Origin: an uncultured virus (IMG/VR IMGVR_UViG_3300029258_004309)
Lineage: Duplodnaviria > Heunggongvirae > Uroviricota > Caudoviricetes
Strand: one strand, 5' to 3'
IMG/VR virus record: IMGVR_UViG_3300029258_004309
DNA length: 64,000 nucleotides
Program-made: the position numbers and the translations under genes
In this document: one piece after another, positions 8,998-19,048 of the stretch
How positions within the stretch are numbered: the stretch's first letter is position 1
Layout: each line of letters begins with the position of its first letter
Notes under the pieces: model-generated
What the model saw: only the letters and a program-made list of their open reading frames with translations
The model's database searches: none
What the model was told of the DNA's origin: nothing

Positions 8998-11682
8998 ATG
9001 ACGATCTACCGGCTCACCGACATCGACTCCGACGACTACGTCCGCGCAGCCTTCTCCGGGCCCATCCCCCAGGTCGGTGTCGTCGAGTGGATCAACAACA
9101 CCCCTGGGAGCCTCACACAGGCCCCGGTGAACGCTCCCCCGATCGCCCCAAACCCCTATCCAGGCACGCACTTCGTTGCGGACAAAGAGGATGCGTACGA
9201 CGGCAACGCCAACCGGGCCCACGGAGCGTTGGCAGAGGGCATCGACGACCTCGACAACATCATGCATCGGGCCGTGGCGATCCCGTCGTACGTCGACTGG
9301 ACGCCCGCCGTTGGCGCGCACCCTACGTTCACCATTCCGCCGGTGTCCGGCCCCGTCTACTTGGGCGCTCCTATGTCCCCCGGCAACCTGGACCACATCT
9401 CGTTGGTGTACGCCAGCAACCACGCTGCGGTTCTCGACGGAGCCGGCAACCGCATCGTGGCCTCGGGGCTCGTACCCGGTATCGGGGCCGGGTCCCTGAT
9501 CAACGGGTTCTCCCCGGGCACCGGCGTCGACATTACGTGGAGCGCCCCGGTCACCGGGGACGCCGCCACTGTCTACCGCATCTACTACGGAAAGAAGAAC
9601 AGTCTCGGCGCGCTTGGCCGCGGCGATCTGAGCCGGCTGGCCGTGTTCAACACCGAGGCGGTGGGCGCGGCCGTGCAGCAAGTCCTCAAGCTTCTGCACG
9701 CCCCCGCAGCTCTCGGGCAGCAGTGGAACGACCCGTGGCAAACGACGATCTACGACGTCGCTTTCGGGGGCTTCAACTCTCGGTACAATCGAGCGACGCA
9801 GGCCCTGACGGACGAGACCGCGTTGCAAACGTCCCTGGCCGCGCTCGAATGGGGCATCCCCGACGTGACGCTCGACACCCCGGGGGGCGGCTCTTGGCTA
9901 GAACGTACTGGCCCGGCCCCCTTGTCCATCAGCCACAAGGCTGCGGGCGAGTACTACCTCGACAAGTTCGACGCCATGTGGCGCGCGGTGAACCTTGACG
10001 TGAACGCGGCACCCAAGTACGGAGGCTCTTCCGGCTTCGTGATGGTGGGCGCTCGAGGAACGTTCACCGGCATCACGGCTACGCAAAGGGCTCGGGGTCT
10101 GGCGGGGTTCCTCCATACGACCATGCTCGGCATGACGTCCGGATCTTCCTACGCACCGTTCCTTTACACCTGCGTGAGTGACGGGGCGGCGGGGACCCTT
10201 TCGTGGACGACGCCGCCGGGGTCCATCACCACCACCGAGCTCGAGCTCACCGTGGACTCTGCCGACTTTTTCTGGAAGACGGTCGGTGTCGACAGCCGGA
10301 CAGGCATCTGCTGCGGCGTTGACATGATCGAGCTTCGGAACGTTTCCGGTACTCAGACCGGGGTGTACGTCATCTATGCGCTGAACGCCGGGAATGCTCG
10401 AAAGTGTTACCTGCGGCACTTGTCAGGCCATCAGGTCACGGTGGCTTCTCTCGACACGGACGTCACCTACCGGCTGCACAACGTCATCCACTACACCAGC
10501 GACGGCGTGTCGGAGATGGAGTGGAACCTGGCGTTTGTTGGTGGCTTCTCCCACCAGCCGGCTGTGCAGCTGTACGGGTCCGGGTACTTCCAGGCCCCTC
10601 TCATGGGCATGGCAGGGGCCACCCCCCTGCTACCGCCTATGCCTTTCAGTGTGTGGGGTACAGAGGGGCAGGCGATCCCCTCGCTGTGGTGGGGCGGTCG
10701 GGCCCTCAATGTTGACCCGGCCAGCGACCAGACTCCCCTCATACCGAAGGGCATGTTGATGCCCAACGGCAACGTCTGGGCACCCGGGCTGTTCGTCGAC
10801 GACATCGGTCGCTACGACTTCATGAACCCGACTCTCCCCATTGACGTGCACTCGAACATCCGCCTCGACACAGGGCTCGGGTTGGTCGCCGACGGCCTGT
10901 TCACTCTCGGGTTGGCCCCAAGGTCGGGCACTGGCATTACGTGCGATGGCGACTTCACATTGACCCCGCCGACGGCCAAGTTGACCGCACCGTTCGTCGA
11001 CGTGTTGGACACGCTTACCGCTGCCGTGGTCGACACTCCATCCGCGCTTGTCGACGTACTGGACGTGACGGAAGTGCGCAGCATGCCCGGGACATACGTT
11101 CTGTTCTCTCACGACCTGCGGGGCGGCCCCGGTGTAGAGCTCCTCTTCAATCGCGCGAACGTCGACTACATCAAGTCGCGCAGCGGCGGCACCCCCGTCT
11201 ACATGGAGGACGGCTTGTTTTCCATGGGGGCCGCGTCGTTCGACAACAGAACTCAGTGGGTCAGGTCTACGGAGCTGGTGTCGTTCGTCACGGCAAACAC
11301 CATGGCCGTCGAAGTCGCGAACGCCGACATGCCGTACAGAGACATTCGGGTGGACGGCACGTGGGGCGGTGGCACGGCCCTGTGGTACCTGCAGTTGGAG
11401 CTCAACGCCACGAAGTTGGTTCATGGTACCGTGCACTACGTTACGGTGCGGGGCGACTTCAACATGGCCGGCCCGGGTATCCAGATTGAGTTTGTGGGTA
11501 CCAGCGGCACGTTGGTCGTCACTGACTCATCCGACCCGCCCGCTCCACAATACGCCTTGTCGGCGTCTGGAGGCGACCAGACGGCAACATTCAAGTTGTT
11601 CGTGGCTGCGCAGGGCGGCATCGCCGGTACGCCGGCCGGCAAGGTGGTATACGTTGAGCGGATGGGCCAGCTGCTCACCTAG
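8998..11682 (+). CDS. Virion structural protein (tail-associated, hypothetical)
   Basis: 894 aa, Gly/Thr/Pro-rich, beta-strand-like composition, inside the tail block. Confidence 0.6.
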   Translation: MTIYRLTDIDSDDYVRAAFSGPIPQVGVVEWINNTPGSLTQAPVNAPPIAPNPYPGTHFVADKEDAYDGNANRAHGALAEGIDDLDNIMHRAVAIPSYVDWTPAVGAHPTFTIPPVSGPVYLGAPMSPGNLDHISLVYASNHAAVLDGAGNRIVASGLVPGIGAGSLINGFSPGTGVDITWSAPVTGDAATVYRIYYGKKNSLGALGRGDLSRLAVFNTEAVGAAVQQVLKLLHAPAALGQQWNDPWQTTIYDVAFGGFNSRYNRATQALTDETALQTSLAALEWGIPDVTLDTPGGGSWLERTGPAPLSISHKAAGEYYLDKFDAMWRAVNLDVNAAPKYGGSSGFVMVGARGTFTGITATQRARGLAGFLHTTMLGMTSGSSYAPFLYTCVSDGAAGTLSWTTPPGSITTTELELTVDSADFFWKTVGVDSRTGICCGVDMIELRNVSGTQTGVYVIYALNAGNARKCYLRHLSGHQVTVASLDTDVTYRLHNVIHYTSDGVSEMEWNLAFVGGFSHQPAVQLYGSGYFQAPLMGMAGATPLLPPMPFSVWGTEGQAIPSLWWGGRALNVDPASDQTPLIPKGMLMPNGNVWAPGLFVDDIGRYDFMNPTLPIDVHSNIRLDTGLGLVADGLFTLGLAPRSGTGITCDGDFTLTPPTAKLTAPFVDVLDTLTAAVVDTPSALVDVLDVTEVRSMPGTYVLFSHDLRGGPGVELLFNRANVDYIKSRSGGTPVYMEDGLFSMGAASFDNRTQWVRSTELVSFVTANTMAVEVANADMPYRDIRVDGTWGGGTALWYLQLELNATKLVHGTVHYVTVRGDFNMAGPGIQIEFVGTSGTLVVTDSSDPPAPQYALSASGGDQTATFKLFVAAQGGIAGTPAGKVVYVERMGQLLT

Positions 11683-11690
11683 GAGGTATC

Positions 11691-12032
11691 ATGGACTTCG
11701 GACTCGACACGTTCCTCAGTTGGCAGACCGCACTGTTTGCCTGCGGCATCTACGCGGTCGTCTTCATCCTGCGTCGGCTCGTGGAGTTCTTCTACAAGAA
11801 GGCGAAGTACCAGGAGTGGTGGAAGCTCACCCTCACCCTCTTCCCCGGGGCGCTCGGCGCGCTTGCCGGGGTGTTCCTGACCGCGTTCCCGTACCCGGAG
11901 GTGCTCACCAACGGCACCGGGCGAGGGGTGTACGGTCTGGTGATTGGCCTTGCTTCAGGCGTCATCTACCGGATCGTCAAGCGCATCATCAAGCAGAAGT
12001 TCCCACAGGCGTTTGAAGAGAAGAAGGAATGA
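11691..12032 (+). CDS. Putative holin (three hydrophobic segments, basic C-terminus)
   Basis: 113 aa with ~3 TM-like stretches; RBS AGGAGG; follows tail genes. Confidence 0.55.
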   Translation: MDFGLDTFLSWQTALFACGIYAVVFILRRLVEFFYKKAKYQEWWKLTLTLFPGALGALAGVFLTAFPYPEVLTNGTGRGVYGLVIGLASGVIYRIVKRIIKQKFPQAFEEKKE

Positions 12033-12364
12033 CCTTCTTTAGGGCATGGGCGTGGTTCAAGAAGTGGGGAGGTTGGGTCTTCGGCGGCCTAGCTTCCCTG
12101 GTCGCCATGCTCATCTTCTGGCGGAGGGAGCAGGCGGTCAAACCTTCGATCCGCGAGGTTGAAGATGCCGTCGAAGAAGAGGCGGAGCGCAAGAAGCGCG
12201 AGGAAGCTGCAAAAGGCGAGCGCCAGGAAAACGTAGTCCACGAGGAAGCCTCTGGTAAACGAGAGGCCATCATAACCGAACTCGAGGGCAACGCCGAAGG
12301 CAAAGACGACCCCGACAAGGTTGCCGAGTTCTTGAAGGATGTCGGCGACGAGATGAGGCACTGA
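12029..12364 (+). CDS. Membrane-anchored coiled-coil protein (i-spanin-like)
   Basis: N-terminal TM (WGGWVFGGLASLVAMLIFW) followed by a charged helical region; next to the putative holin. Confidence 0.45.
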   Translation: MTFFRAWAWFKKWGGWVFGGLASLVAMLIFWRREQAVKPSIREVEDAVEEEAERKKREEAAKGERQENVVHEEASGKREAIITELEGNAEGKDDPDKVAEFLKDVGDEMRH

Positions 12365-12597
12365 TGGCAACACCGACCGAAGAGTACATGGGGTACGCCG
12401 CCCGCATCATGGTGGTGCTCAACAACCACTCCGGGCCGGGGGAGTCAGAGGAGATCAGCCCTCTGCGTGAGGAGCTGACTCGTTTGGCCGAGGCGTTTCC
12501 GGATGAGATCGGCCCCCTCGACAAGTCCGCATCGGCGGTGGTCCAGTGGGTCATCGCCGGCTACGGGAGCGAGGTGTACACGCCTCCGGAGGTGTGA
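12364..12597 (+). CDS. Hypothetical protein
   Basis: 77-aa ORF translationally coupled to the upstream gene. Confidence 0.5.
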   Translation: MATPTEEYMGYAARIMVVLNNHSGPGESEEISPLREELTRLAEAFPDEIGPLDKSASAVVQWVIAGYGSEVYTPPEV

Positions 12598-12598
12598 C

Positions 12599-13366
12599 GT
12601 GGAAGCTGCCAAGATCGTTCTGAACCTTCCCGAGAAGCCCGGCCAAGATCGAGAGGAGACCCTCATCGAACTGGTGAAGGCCGGGGAGTACCTGCCCATT
12701 CAATGGTGCGCGTTTCGCAGCTCTCACAAGGGGCACAACGCCATCATCTTGTGCACGGCTGACGCGCTTCAGGTGGGGACGCCCGAAGACTCCCTGCGCA
12801 TCAACGTGACGCACACCGGCGCGCAGCGCATCGCCGACATCCTCGGCTTGCGGCTGCCGACCACCAAGATCGCAGACCTCATCCACCAAGAGGCCACCGT
12901 CCGCATCACCCCCTGCACGCAGACGCCTGACGCGCGCATGGCGGACACCTCGAGGATGTACCAGCACAGCCGCGCGGTCGGTGCCAAGACCAAGGGGCGC
13001 GGCGGGCTGACGTCTACCGTGGGCAAGGATTGGGTGTTGACCAACCGGCTCAAGGGCAAGCCCGACAAGGGCGCGAACTTCGGCTGGCACGTGGAGAAGG
13101 GCAGCTACTACAGCCCAGGCGGGCTACCGGTGCTTCAGCCCCTCGGCCTGGCCCACAACCGGCATCACGTGGACTACTCGCAGGTTCTGCGGCTCATCCA
13201 CCCCGTCGTGACAGTGGACGGCAAGGACATGAACCTCGACGACGTTCTTCAGGACGATGAGCTCAGCGGTCTCGTCAGCGACGAGGGGCCGCTTGAGATC
13301 GTCCGGCATCCAGGGGTCGAGCCCCCGAAGCACGTTACGCCGCCGCCCCTTGCCTGCGGCGCTTGA
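12599..13366 (+). CDS. Hypothetical enzyme in the lysis cassette (candidate endolysin)
   Basis: GTG start right after the previous stop. Conserved-looking motifs LPTTKIAD, GKDWVL, NFGWH, QPLGLAHNRHHVDYSQ. Function inferred from position only. Confidence 0.45.
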   Translation: MEAAKIVLNLPEKPGQDREETLIELVKAGEYLPIQWCAFRSSHKGHNAIILCTADALQVGTPEDSLRINVTHTGAQRIADILGLRLPTTKIADLIHQEATVRITPCTQTPDARMADTSRMYQHSRAVGAKTKGRGGLTSTVGKDWVLTNRLKGKPDKGANFGWHVEKGSYYSPGGLPVLQPLGLAHNRHHVDYSQVLRLIHPVVTVDGKDMNLDDVLQDDELSGLVSDEGPLEIVRHPGVEPPKHVTPPPLACGA

Positions 13367-13961
13367 AGTACGCCTCGCTCTGCTGCTGTTGAGCGAACTG
13401 CTTCGGCAGAATCTTCTCGAGCTCGTCCGGCAGCATCCCCGACTTGACCATCTTCACGAGCACCTCGCCGCACGCCCGGGCGTCGGCCGTGGCCTCGTGC
13501 GCGTCCTCGAGGACGACTCCCCAGCGGTTGCACACGTCTCCGAGCTTGCCCCCACGGGCGAACTTGTTCAGGACGCGGTCGATGGTCATCGTGCACAGGA
13601 TGGCGTCGGGCTTTGGCATCTCGAAGCCCAGCCGCTCGAACTCCTGCTGCAGCATCCGCTCATCGAAGCTGGAGTTGTGCGCGACCCACACGGGGTAGCG
13701 GAGGAGCTGCTCGCTGATCTCCTCTACCATCTCCTCGAAGCGGTACGCGGTGGCCAGCTTCTCCATCGTCAGGTGATTGATGTCAAGGGCCTCTCGGACC
13801 TGTGGGTCATTCGGGTCGGCGTGCTTTGGCCGGATCATGGTGTCCCAGACTTCTACTTCCCTCCCATCTTCGAAGAAGACCAGAGACAGTTCGACGATCT
13901 CGTCGGTCTTGCGGAAGCCTGTGGTTTCAGTGTCGAACGCCATTACTCTTTCGTGCCACAT
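13335..13961 (-). CDS. DEDDh 3'-5' exonuclease (DnaQ / Pol III epsilon-like)
   Basis: ExoI FDTETTG, ExoII VAHNSSFD, ExoII HEATADA motifs. Confidence 0.9.
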   Translation of the reverse strand: MWHERVMAFDTETTGFRKTDEIVELSLVFFEDGREVEVWDTMIRPKHADPNDPQVREALDINHLTMEKLATAYRFEEMVEEISEQLLRYPVWVAHNSSFDERMLQQEFERLGFEMPKPDAILCTMTIDRVLNKFARGGKLGDVCNRWGVVLEDAHEATADARACGEVLVKMVKSGMLPDELEKILPKQFAQQQQSEAYFKRRRQGAAA

Positions 13962-14035
13962 GGTCTATTCATCTATCAGAAGATGAAAGAAGAAGCAACT
14001 TGTCTGTTTTGCCCCTCGGCGAGTAGACTGCGAGC

Positions 14036-14689
14036 ATGCAGCCCGCCGTCTATGAATCGTGCGCCCGATCGCTGCTGAAGATTGCGGCCACGAACCAGCA
14101 GATGCACGAAGCCATCTCGAAGATGGCGCCCAAGGGCGTGCACGTGATGACGGACCCGACGAGGGGCCGAGTGCGAGAGAACTGGGGAGGCGGGGTGTTC
14201 GGGCCTCACCACCTACTCGAGGAGGCGCTGGGCCCCAGCCTCAAGAAGAGGCTGCCCAAGGGCAAGATCGTCATGACCTCTTCGGGCAGAGACCCCACTA
14301 CGCTGGCGCACGAGATGGGCCACGCCCAGTTCGACGAGTCGCTCATCGGGCGGACTGTGCAGAACCCGTACGTGCGGGGGCTGAGCTCCCGTCTTGCCCC
14401 CATTGTGGGGGCCGGGGTCGGGTACGCTGCCGGTGCGGCTACGCGCAGTCCTCTCGCGGGTGCCGCCGCCGGCGCAGCGGTGTCGGGCATCGGGCATCTG
14501 CCGACCCTTTTGAGTGAGGGCATGGCCAGCATGAAGGCGGTGGACAACCTGCGCGCCGCCGGCGCAAGCGACGCCCAGGTGGCGGCAGCCAAGCGCGACA
14601 TGGGCAGGTGGCTCCTCACCTACATGAAGGACCCTGCCTTGCACATGGCCGCAGGCGTGATTGCTGGTGGGGCCGGCGGTGCCGCATGA
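14036..14689 (+). CDS. Putative zinc metallopeptidase-motif virion protein
   Basis: TLAHEMGH (HExxH) with downstream LLSEGMAS; Gly/Ala-rich hydrophobic hairpin; N-terminal LLKIA motif. Confidence 0.55.
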   Translation: MQPAVYESCARSLLKIAATNQQMHEAISKMAPKGVHVMTDPTRGRVRENWGGGVFGPHHLLEEALGPSLKKRLPKGKIVMTSSGRDPTTLAHEMGHAQFDESLIGRTVQNPYVRGLSSRLAPIVGAGVGYAAGAATRSPLAGAAAGAAVSGIGHLPTLLSEGMASMKAVDNLRAAGASDAQVAAAKRDMGRWLLTYMKDPALHMAAGVIAGGAGGAA

Positions 14690-15204
14690 GTTGGGACGGT
14701 GACGAAGTGGACACGAAGGTAGAAGGTAAGGGGCGGCCCGAGAAGTCCCCTCATCGCCTGGCGGTGACCCGCCCATCTTGGGACGAGTACTTCCTGAACA
14801 TCGCCGAGGCCGTGTCAGCCCGTAGCCACGACGCGGAGACCAAGGTCGGCTGTGTCATCGTTGACGTCGAACATCGAGTCTTGGCTACGGGGTACAACGG
14901 CTACCCGCCCGGGTACAGCGACGAGCTGCTCCCGAACATCCGACCGTACAAGTACAAGTACATGGTGCACGCGGAGATGAACGCCATTGCGAGCTCGCGC
15001 GCGGACCTGCGCGGCGGCACCTTGTACTGCACCAGCACACCGTGCAACGACTGCGCGAAGGCAATCGTTACGGCCGGCATCAAGCGTGTCGTGTGCGCCA
15101 AAGCGTACTCGATGCACGACGGGGTCGCAGCAGAGGCCCTCGATCTTCTTCGGATGGGCGGGGTCGAGGCTGTGGTAGGCCTGCCCGTGGAGTCTGTCGG
15201 ATGA
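14686..15204 (+). CDS. dCMP deaminase (ComEB-like)
   Basis: RPSWDEYF, KVGCVIV, TGYNG, HAEMNAI, PCNDC zinc motifs. Confidence 0.92.
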   Translation: MSWDGDEVDTKVEGKGRPEKSPHRLAVTRPSWDEYFLNIAEAVSARSHDAETKVGCVIVDVEHRVLATGYNGYPPGYSDELLPNIRPYKYKYMVHAEMNAIASSRADLRGGTLYCTSTPCNDCAKAIVTAGIKRVVCAKAYSMHDGVAAEALDLLRMGGVEAVVGLPVESVG

Positions 15205-15601
15205 GCTACAGTGCGATGAAAGAGGGGCTGCTCAAGATCGCGGTTGATCCTGCGGCAGTTGGGGCCTTCGGACTAGTAACGCGATGCACGGGCACAGCCT
15301 GCCTGGGAACTTGCGCCCACCAAAGTTGCCCCACGCAGGCAAGGAGGCGTTGAAGGCTGGCCTGATCGCGTCCGTCCCACTGGCCCTGACCGGAGCAGCC
15401 ATCCTTGCCCACCCTCAGTCCCGCAGAGAGATTCAGGATCCACGGCTCTACTCCAACATTCGCGGCGGGCTCACCGGGGAGTCGGCGGAGGAGCGGGTGC
15501 GCGCTCACAAGGACATCGAGCGGAGCAACCGAGGCAAGGGCGTGTGGCGCGCCATGAAGGCTGGCTTCTCCCGCTCAGGGGCTAAAAAGAAGAGCGACTG
15601 A
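15201..15601 (+). CDS. Hypothetical (probable virion) protein, apparently split by a frameshift near 15250-15280
   Basis: MSYSAMKEGLLKIAVDPAAVGAFG in one frame continues as TSNAMHGHSLPG...KKKSD* in another. Confidence 0.45.
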
Positions 15602-15606
15602 GCGCT

Positions 15607-15837
15607 CTATCGGGCGGGGTAGTCAGCAGCGCCGAGGATGACGCTGCTGTCGTCGGGGTCGCGGTAGACCTTCAAGTACACGCGCCGGCCGACGATCTGG
15701 CCGAGCGCGTTCTTGAGCAAGACCACCTGCGAGGCAGGGGTCCTTGGGTCTGCCACCGCGCACAGCAGCGCGTTGCACGCTGCTGTGGCCTCCCGCTGTT
15801 CGGTGGGGGAGAGCTTCCACCATGGTTTCTTTCCCAT
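15607..15837 (-). CDS. Hypothetical protein
   Basis: MGKKPWWKLSPTEQ... ORF between two plus-strand genes. Confidence 0.45.
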   Translation of the reverse strand: MGKKPWWKLSPTEQREATAACNALLCAVADPRTPASQVVLLKNALGQIVGRRVYLKVYRDPDDSSVILGAADYPAR

Positions 15838-15925
15838 CACTACTCTTGTGCCCGCTTCCCATCGAGTGTTGCCCGCTGGTAGGATCGTGGGGCAAGACGT
15901 TGCCATCACACCTCAGGAGGTTCCA

Positions 15926-16909
15926 ATGGCATCTGGAAGTGGACTGTTTTCGAACAAGGGGCCGCTCAAGCCTCACCTCACTGAGGGCAAGGGCGGCGTT
16001 GCTGGTGAAGTTGCGGACCTTCGAAGGGACGTAGGGGCCGCTCTTGGCGGCCTAGCGGCCTTGGCGGTCAACCATTGGGACTCGCCGCCAGCGGCTGACA
16101 CCGACGGCATCAAGACGAGCGTGGCGAGCTCCGATGTGGCTGTGGAGTACACCGGTGACGACTTCGACGGCGCCGAGTTCTTGGTTGTGACGGGCACTCG
16201 TGACCTCGACGAGCTCACGTACGGCGCCGGCGGGGCGCTCGACGGCGAGACCTTGTGGGTCAAGGTCGGGGCGTCCGGGGTGCTGCAACACATCACTCTT
16301 GCCGCTCCTGCGGACAAGGCCGCGGTGGCGACGCAGCTCACGGCCTTTACCGGCATCACGGCCACGGTTGACGGCGCGGACCACCTGGTGCTCACCAGCG
16401 CGACGCTGCCCATTCACATCGTGCGCGCGACCGGTAACCTACTCGAGGATCTCGGGCTCGAACTCGGTGTCGGCGTGATGGTGGGGGCTCGGCCGTTCAC
16501 GGTCACGACCTCCGACTCTGCGGCGACGTGGGCCGGCAACTTCACGGTGTGGGGCCGGGACGTTCGCGGGCGTCTTCTCAGCGAGACGAAGGCCTTGGCG
16601 AACAACACGACGATCTCTACCACCACCCACTTCAAGTCGATCGAGAAGTGGGCGGTGGACCCGCAGAACAACGCGGCCGGTACCCTGTTGGCGGGCTTCG
16701 GCGCCACGCTCGGCCTCGAGGCCGCGCCGAAGATGCGTTCGGGCCGCCTCGTGATCATGCAGGAGCTCGAGGATGGGGCTGCGCCGGCGGCGGCGGGCGC
16801 GTTGTCGCTGCCCTCAGCCAACCCGCCGTACGGCGCGTATACCCCCAACAGTGCTCCCAACGGGGCGCGGGACTTCACGCTCTACTTCGAGGCCGACCCG
16901 ACCATCTAG
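15926..16909 (+). CDS. Virion structural protein (hypothetical)
   Basis: ATG 15926 with AGGAGG RBS; Ala/Gly/Thr-rich, beta-rich composition. Confidence 0.6.
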   Translation: MASGSGLFSNKGPLKPHLTEGKGGVAGEVADLRRDVGAALGGLAALAVNHWDSPPAADTDGIKTSVASSDVAVEYTGDDFDGAEFLVVTGTRDLDELTYGAGGALDGETLWVKVGASGVLQHITLAAPADKAAVATQLTAFTGITATVDGADHLVLTSATLPIHIVRATGNLLEDLGLELGVGVMVGARPFTVTTSDSAATWAGNFTVWGRDVRGRLLSETKALANNTTISTTTHFKSIEKWAVDPQNNAAGTLLAGFGATLGLEAAPKMRSGRLVIMQELEDGAAPAAAGALSLPSANPPYGAYTPNSAPNGARDFTLYFEADPTI

Positions 16910-17350
16910 TTGAGCAACTGCTGCTCGTCCTTCTTCTCCACCAACAGATACGGGTTGCGCGTGCAGCCCGGCATGTGCTCCTCGAACACGCGGATTACCC
17001 ACTGGTTGAGGATGTCGGCCGTGGCGGTCGCGTCTCTCGCTCCTGCGGCAGTCAGGGCTTTCAGCTGAGCGCTGGTCACGTCTGCCAGCAGGGAGGGGTG
17101 GTCGGCTACTGCCCTGACCGCGGACAGTACGCGGGCTACCTCCTTCACCCCCTCTGCGCTGACTGAGGCCAGCAGCAGCGCCGAGTCTTCGGGCTGCGTC
17201 TTTTGGATGACGAGGCCCGCAAGGTAGCGTTTGAACGGTGCGGGGAGGTTGTGGTCCGGCACGAGCTTCTCCAGGAAGAACTCGAACAGGGTGCGGTCGA
17301 ACTTCCCCCCCTACGGTCTCCAGCTTCTCAAGGTCGAATTGTACTTTCAT
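16906..17350 (-). CDS. Hypothetical protein with a +1 frameshift in a G7 run (17305-17311)
   Basis: MKVQFDLEKLETVGG joins KFDRTLFEFFLEKLVPDHNL... if the run is G6; GGAGG RBS before ATG 17350. Confidence 0.55.
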
Positions 17351-17379
17351 CTGTTTTCCCTCCTGGTATTCTACCTCAC

Positions 17380-17838
17380 ATGAGAACTTCAACGGTCTTG
17401 TGCCTGGTTTTGCCGCTGGTTTGCTCGCCCGCGTACGCACAAGAGGTGACCCCTCCAACACCGCCAACAGTCCCGCCAGGCGGGGACAAGATCGAGTACC
17501 TAGAAAAAGACGCTCCGGCTCCTTACCCAGGCTTCCTCTACGACGCGGACACGGCAGTGCGGTGGGGCAACTGGCTCACGTTCTGGAAGAAGAGGTACGT
17601 CATCGACATGACCGAACAGAAGAAGGTCTGCGGCATCCGAGAGGACACGCAAACCAAGATTCATCTGATCGAAGTCGAGGCAAGGAACCGGATCATAGAA
17701 GAGCAGCGCAGGCGCCTCGAGGAGGTGGAGAATCCTCCGTGGTACGAGACCCAGTGGTTTGGGGTGGGGGCGGGGGCCACCGGCGCGTTCGGCCTGACGC
17801 TGCTGTCAATCTGGGCTGTGGGGCAGGCTGCTAAGTAA
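17380..17838 (+). CDS. Exported protein with signal peptide, coiled coil and C-terminal TM (spanin-like)
   Basis: MRTSTVLCLVLPLVCSPAYA signal; PAPYPGFLY; coiled coil; PPWYETQWFGVGAG...LLSIWAV hydrophobic tail. Confidence 0.5.
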   Translation: MRTSTVLCLVLPLVCSPAYAQEVTPPTPPTVPPGGDKIEYLEKDAPAPYPGFLYDADTAVRWGNWLTFWKKRYVIDMTEQKKVCGIREDTQTKIHLIEVEARNRIIEEQRRRLEEVENPPWYETQWFGVGAGATGAFGLTLLSIWAVGQAAK

Positions 17839-18013
17839 GCTCGAGGCGCTCGAGCAGCCGCTTGTTGGCCTCGGGGGAGTTGGACGGGGGGACGCCGACG
17901 GCGCGCAGCGCGAGCACGCGCTCACCCGGCTGCATAGTGGCTACCTCTCCTTCGTACTCCACCACTTCCTGCGCGGTGGGACGGCGCGCGGTGTGCCACG
18001 GCTGCGCCGGCAC
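17831..18013 (-). CDS. Small hypothetical protein
   Basis: 60-aa ORF at the end of the minus-strand operon. Confidence 0.4.
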   Translation of the reverse strand: MPAQPWHTARRPTAQEVVEYEGEVATMQPGERVLALRAVGVPPSNSPEANKRLLERLELT

Positions 18014-18018
18014 CCTTC

Positions 18019-18633
18019 CTATCCGTTTCCCTCCTGGTCTCCGTTGTCGAACTGGTCGGCGCCGGCGAAGGACTCCTGCAGATAGTCCTGCACCTTCATG
18101 CCCTCGTAGGCCGCCTCGGCGATCATGCCGGTGCCGATGAGCAGGGCCTTGAGCATCCGGTCCTGGACTTGGGCGTTCTTCTGCATGCCGTCGACCATCT
18201 CCACCAGTGCCTCGATGTTCTTGTTGGCGTCGGAGAGCTGGGACTTGAGCTCCTCGAGGGCGGCCGCGCTGGCCGCGGAGACGGGCTCCGCCTTTGTGGA
18301 GGTGGCCACCGGTGCGGCTTTGGGCTTCTCTTCCTCCTCGGTCTTCTTGCTGGTGTTGCGGGGTGTGCGCTTGGAGGTGGACTCGTTCGACGGCGTCCGC
18401 GCTGCTGCCTTCTTGCTTCCGCTGCCCACGGTCTTGGCTGCGTGCTCAGCGATCTTCTCGGCTTGCTCCTTGGGCTTCATGCCGTCGTACGCGCTCTTCT
18501 CTTTCGGGGTGCTGAGCATCCCGATGGCCTCGGCCGCCATGCGCCGGGGCCAGCCGCTCATGGCAGCGAGGTCGTCCACACTCAGAGCGGCTACTTCTTC
18601 CGGGGTCATCTTCTTCACTTGGGCAAACGCCAT
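18019..18633 (-). CDS. Hypothetical protein (low-complexity linker, coiled coil)
   Basis: 204-aa ORF with GGAGG RBS. Confidence 0.65.
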   Translation of the reverse strand: MAFAQVKKMTPEEVAALSVDDLAAMSGWPRRMAAEAIGMLSTPKEKSAYDGMKPKEQAEKIAEHAAKTVGSGSKKAAARTPSNESTSKRTPRNTSKKTEEEEKPKAAPVATSTKAEPVSAASAAALEELKSQLSDANKNIEALVEMVDGMQKNAQVQDRMLKALLIGTGMIAEAAYEGMKVQDYLQESFAGADQFDNGDQEGNG

Positions 18634-18636
18634 GGT

Positions 18637-19047
18637 TCATTCCCTCCGTTCGTCGATCTCTTCTTCCGACTCAGGGTTCATCAAGATGCACGCCACGACC
18701 TGAGTGTCAGTGCACGTGCGGCACGCGATGTCGATGACCGGCAGGCCCTTCTTCCGTTTGATCTGGGCCGTCAGTCCTGCTGTCCTGTCCTTGTAGGTCC
18801 ACTTCTTGAGGTCCTGGGCGGGGCAGGTAAGCTGCGTTCGCAGCTGCGTCCAGTAGTCCAGGATGAAGTTCATCCATCCGTTTCGCCAGGAGTCGAACAC
18901 GTTCTCGACCTCCGGCGGTTCTTCCCTTCCGGTGATGTAGGCTATCAGCTCCTCTCTGCTGGCCTCCGAGGGCACGGTTAGGCCCTTGGCTCGGCACACT
19001 TGGTACAGTTCTGTTCTGTTCACTTGTTGGTAGTAGCTGTCATCCAT
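18637..19047 (-). CDS. Hypothetical protein with Cys cluster
   Basis: 136 aa; short N-terminal helical (SAP/Rho-N-like) motif; C..CRTC..C. Confidence 0.6.
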   Translation of the reverse strand: MDDSYYQQVNRTELYQVCRAKGLTVPSEASREELIAYITGREEPPEVENVFDSWRNGWMNFILDYWTQLRTQLTCPAQDLKKWTYKDRTAGLTAQIKRKKGLPVIDIACRTCTDTQVVACILMNPESEEEIDERRE

Positions 19048-19048
19048 G

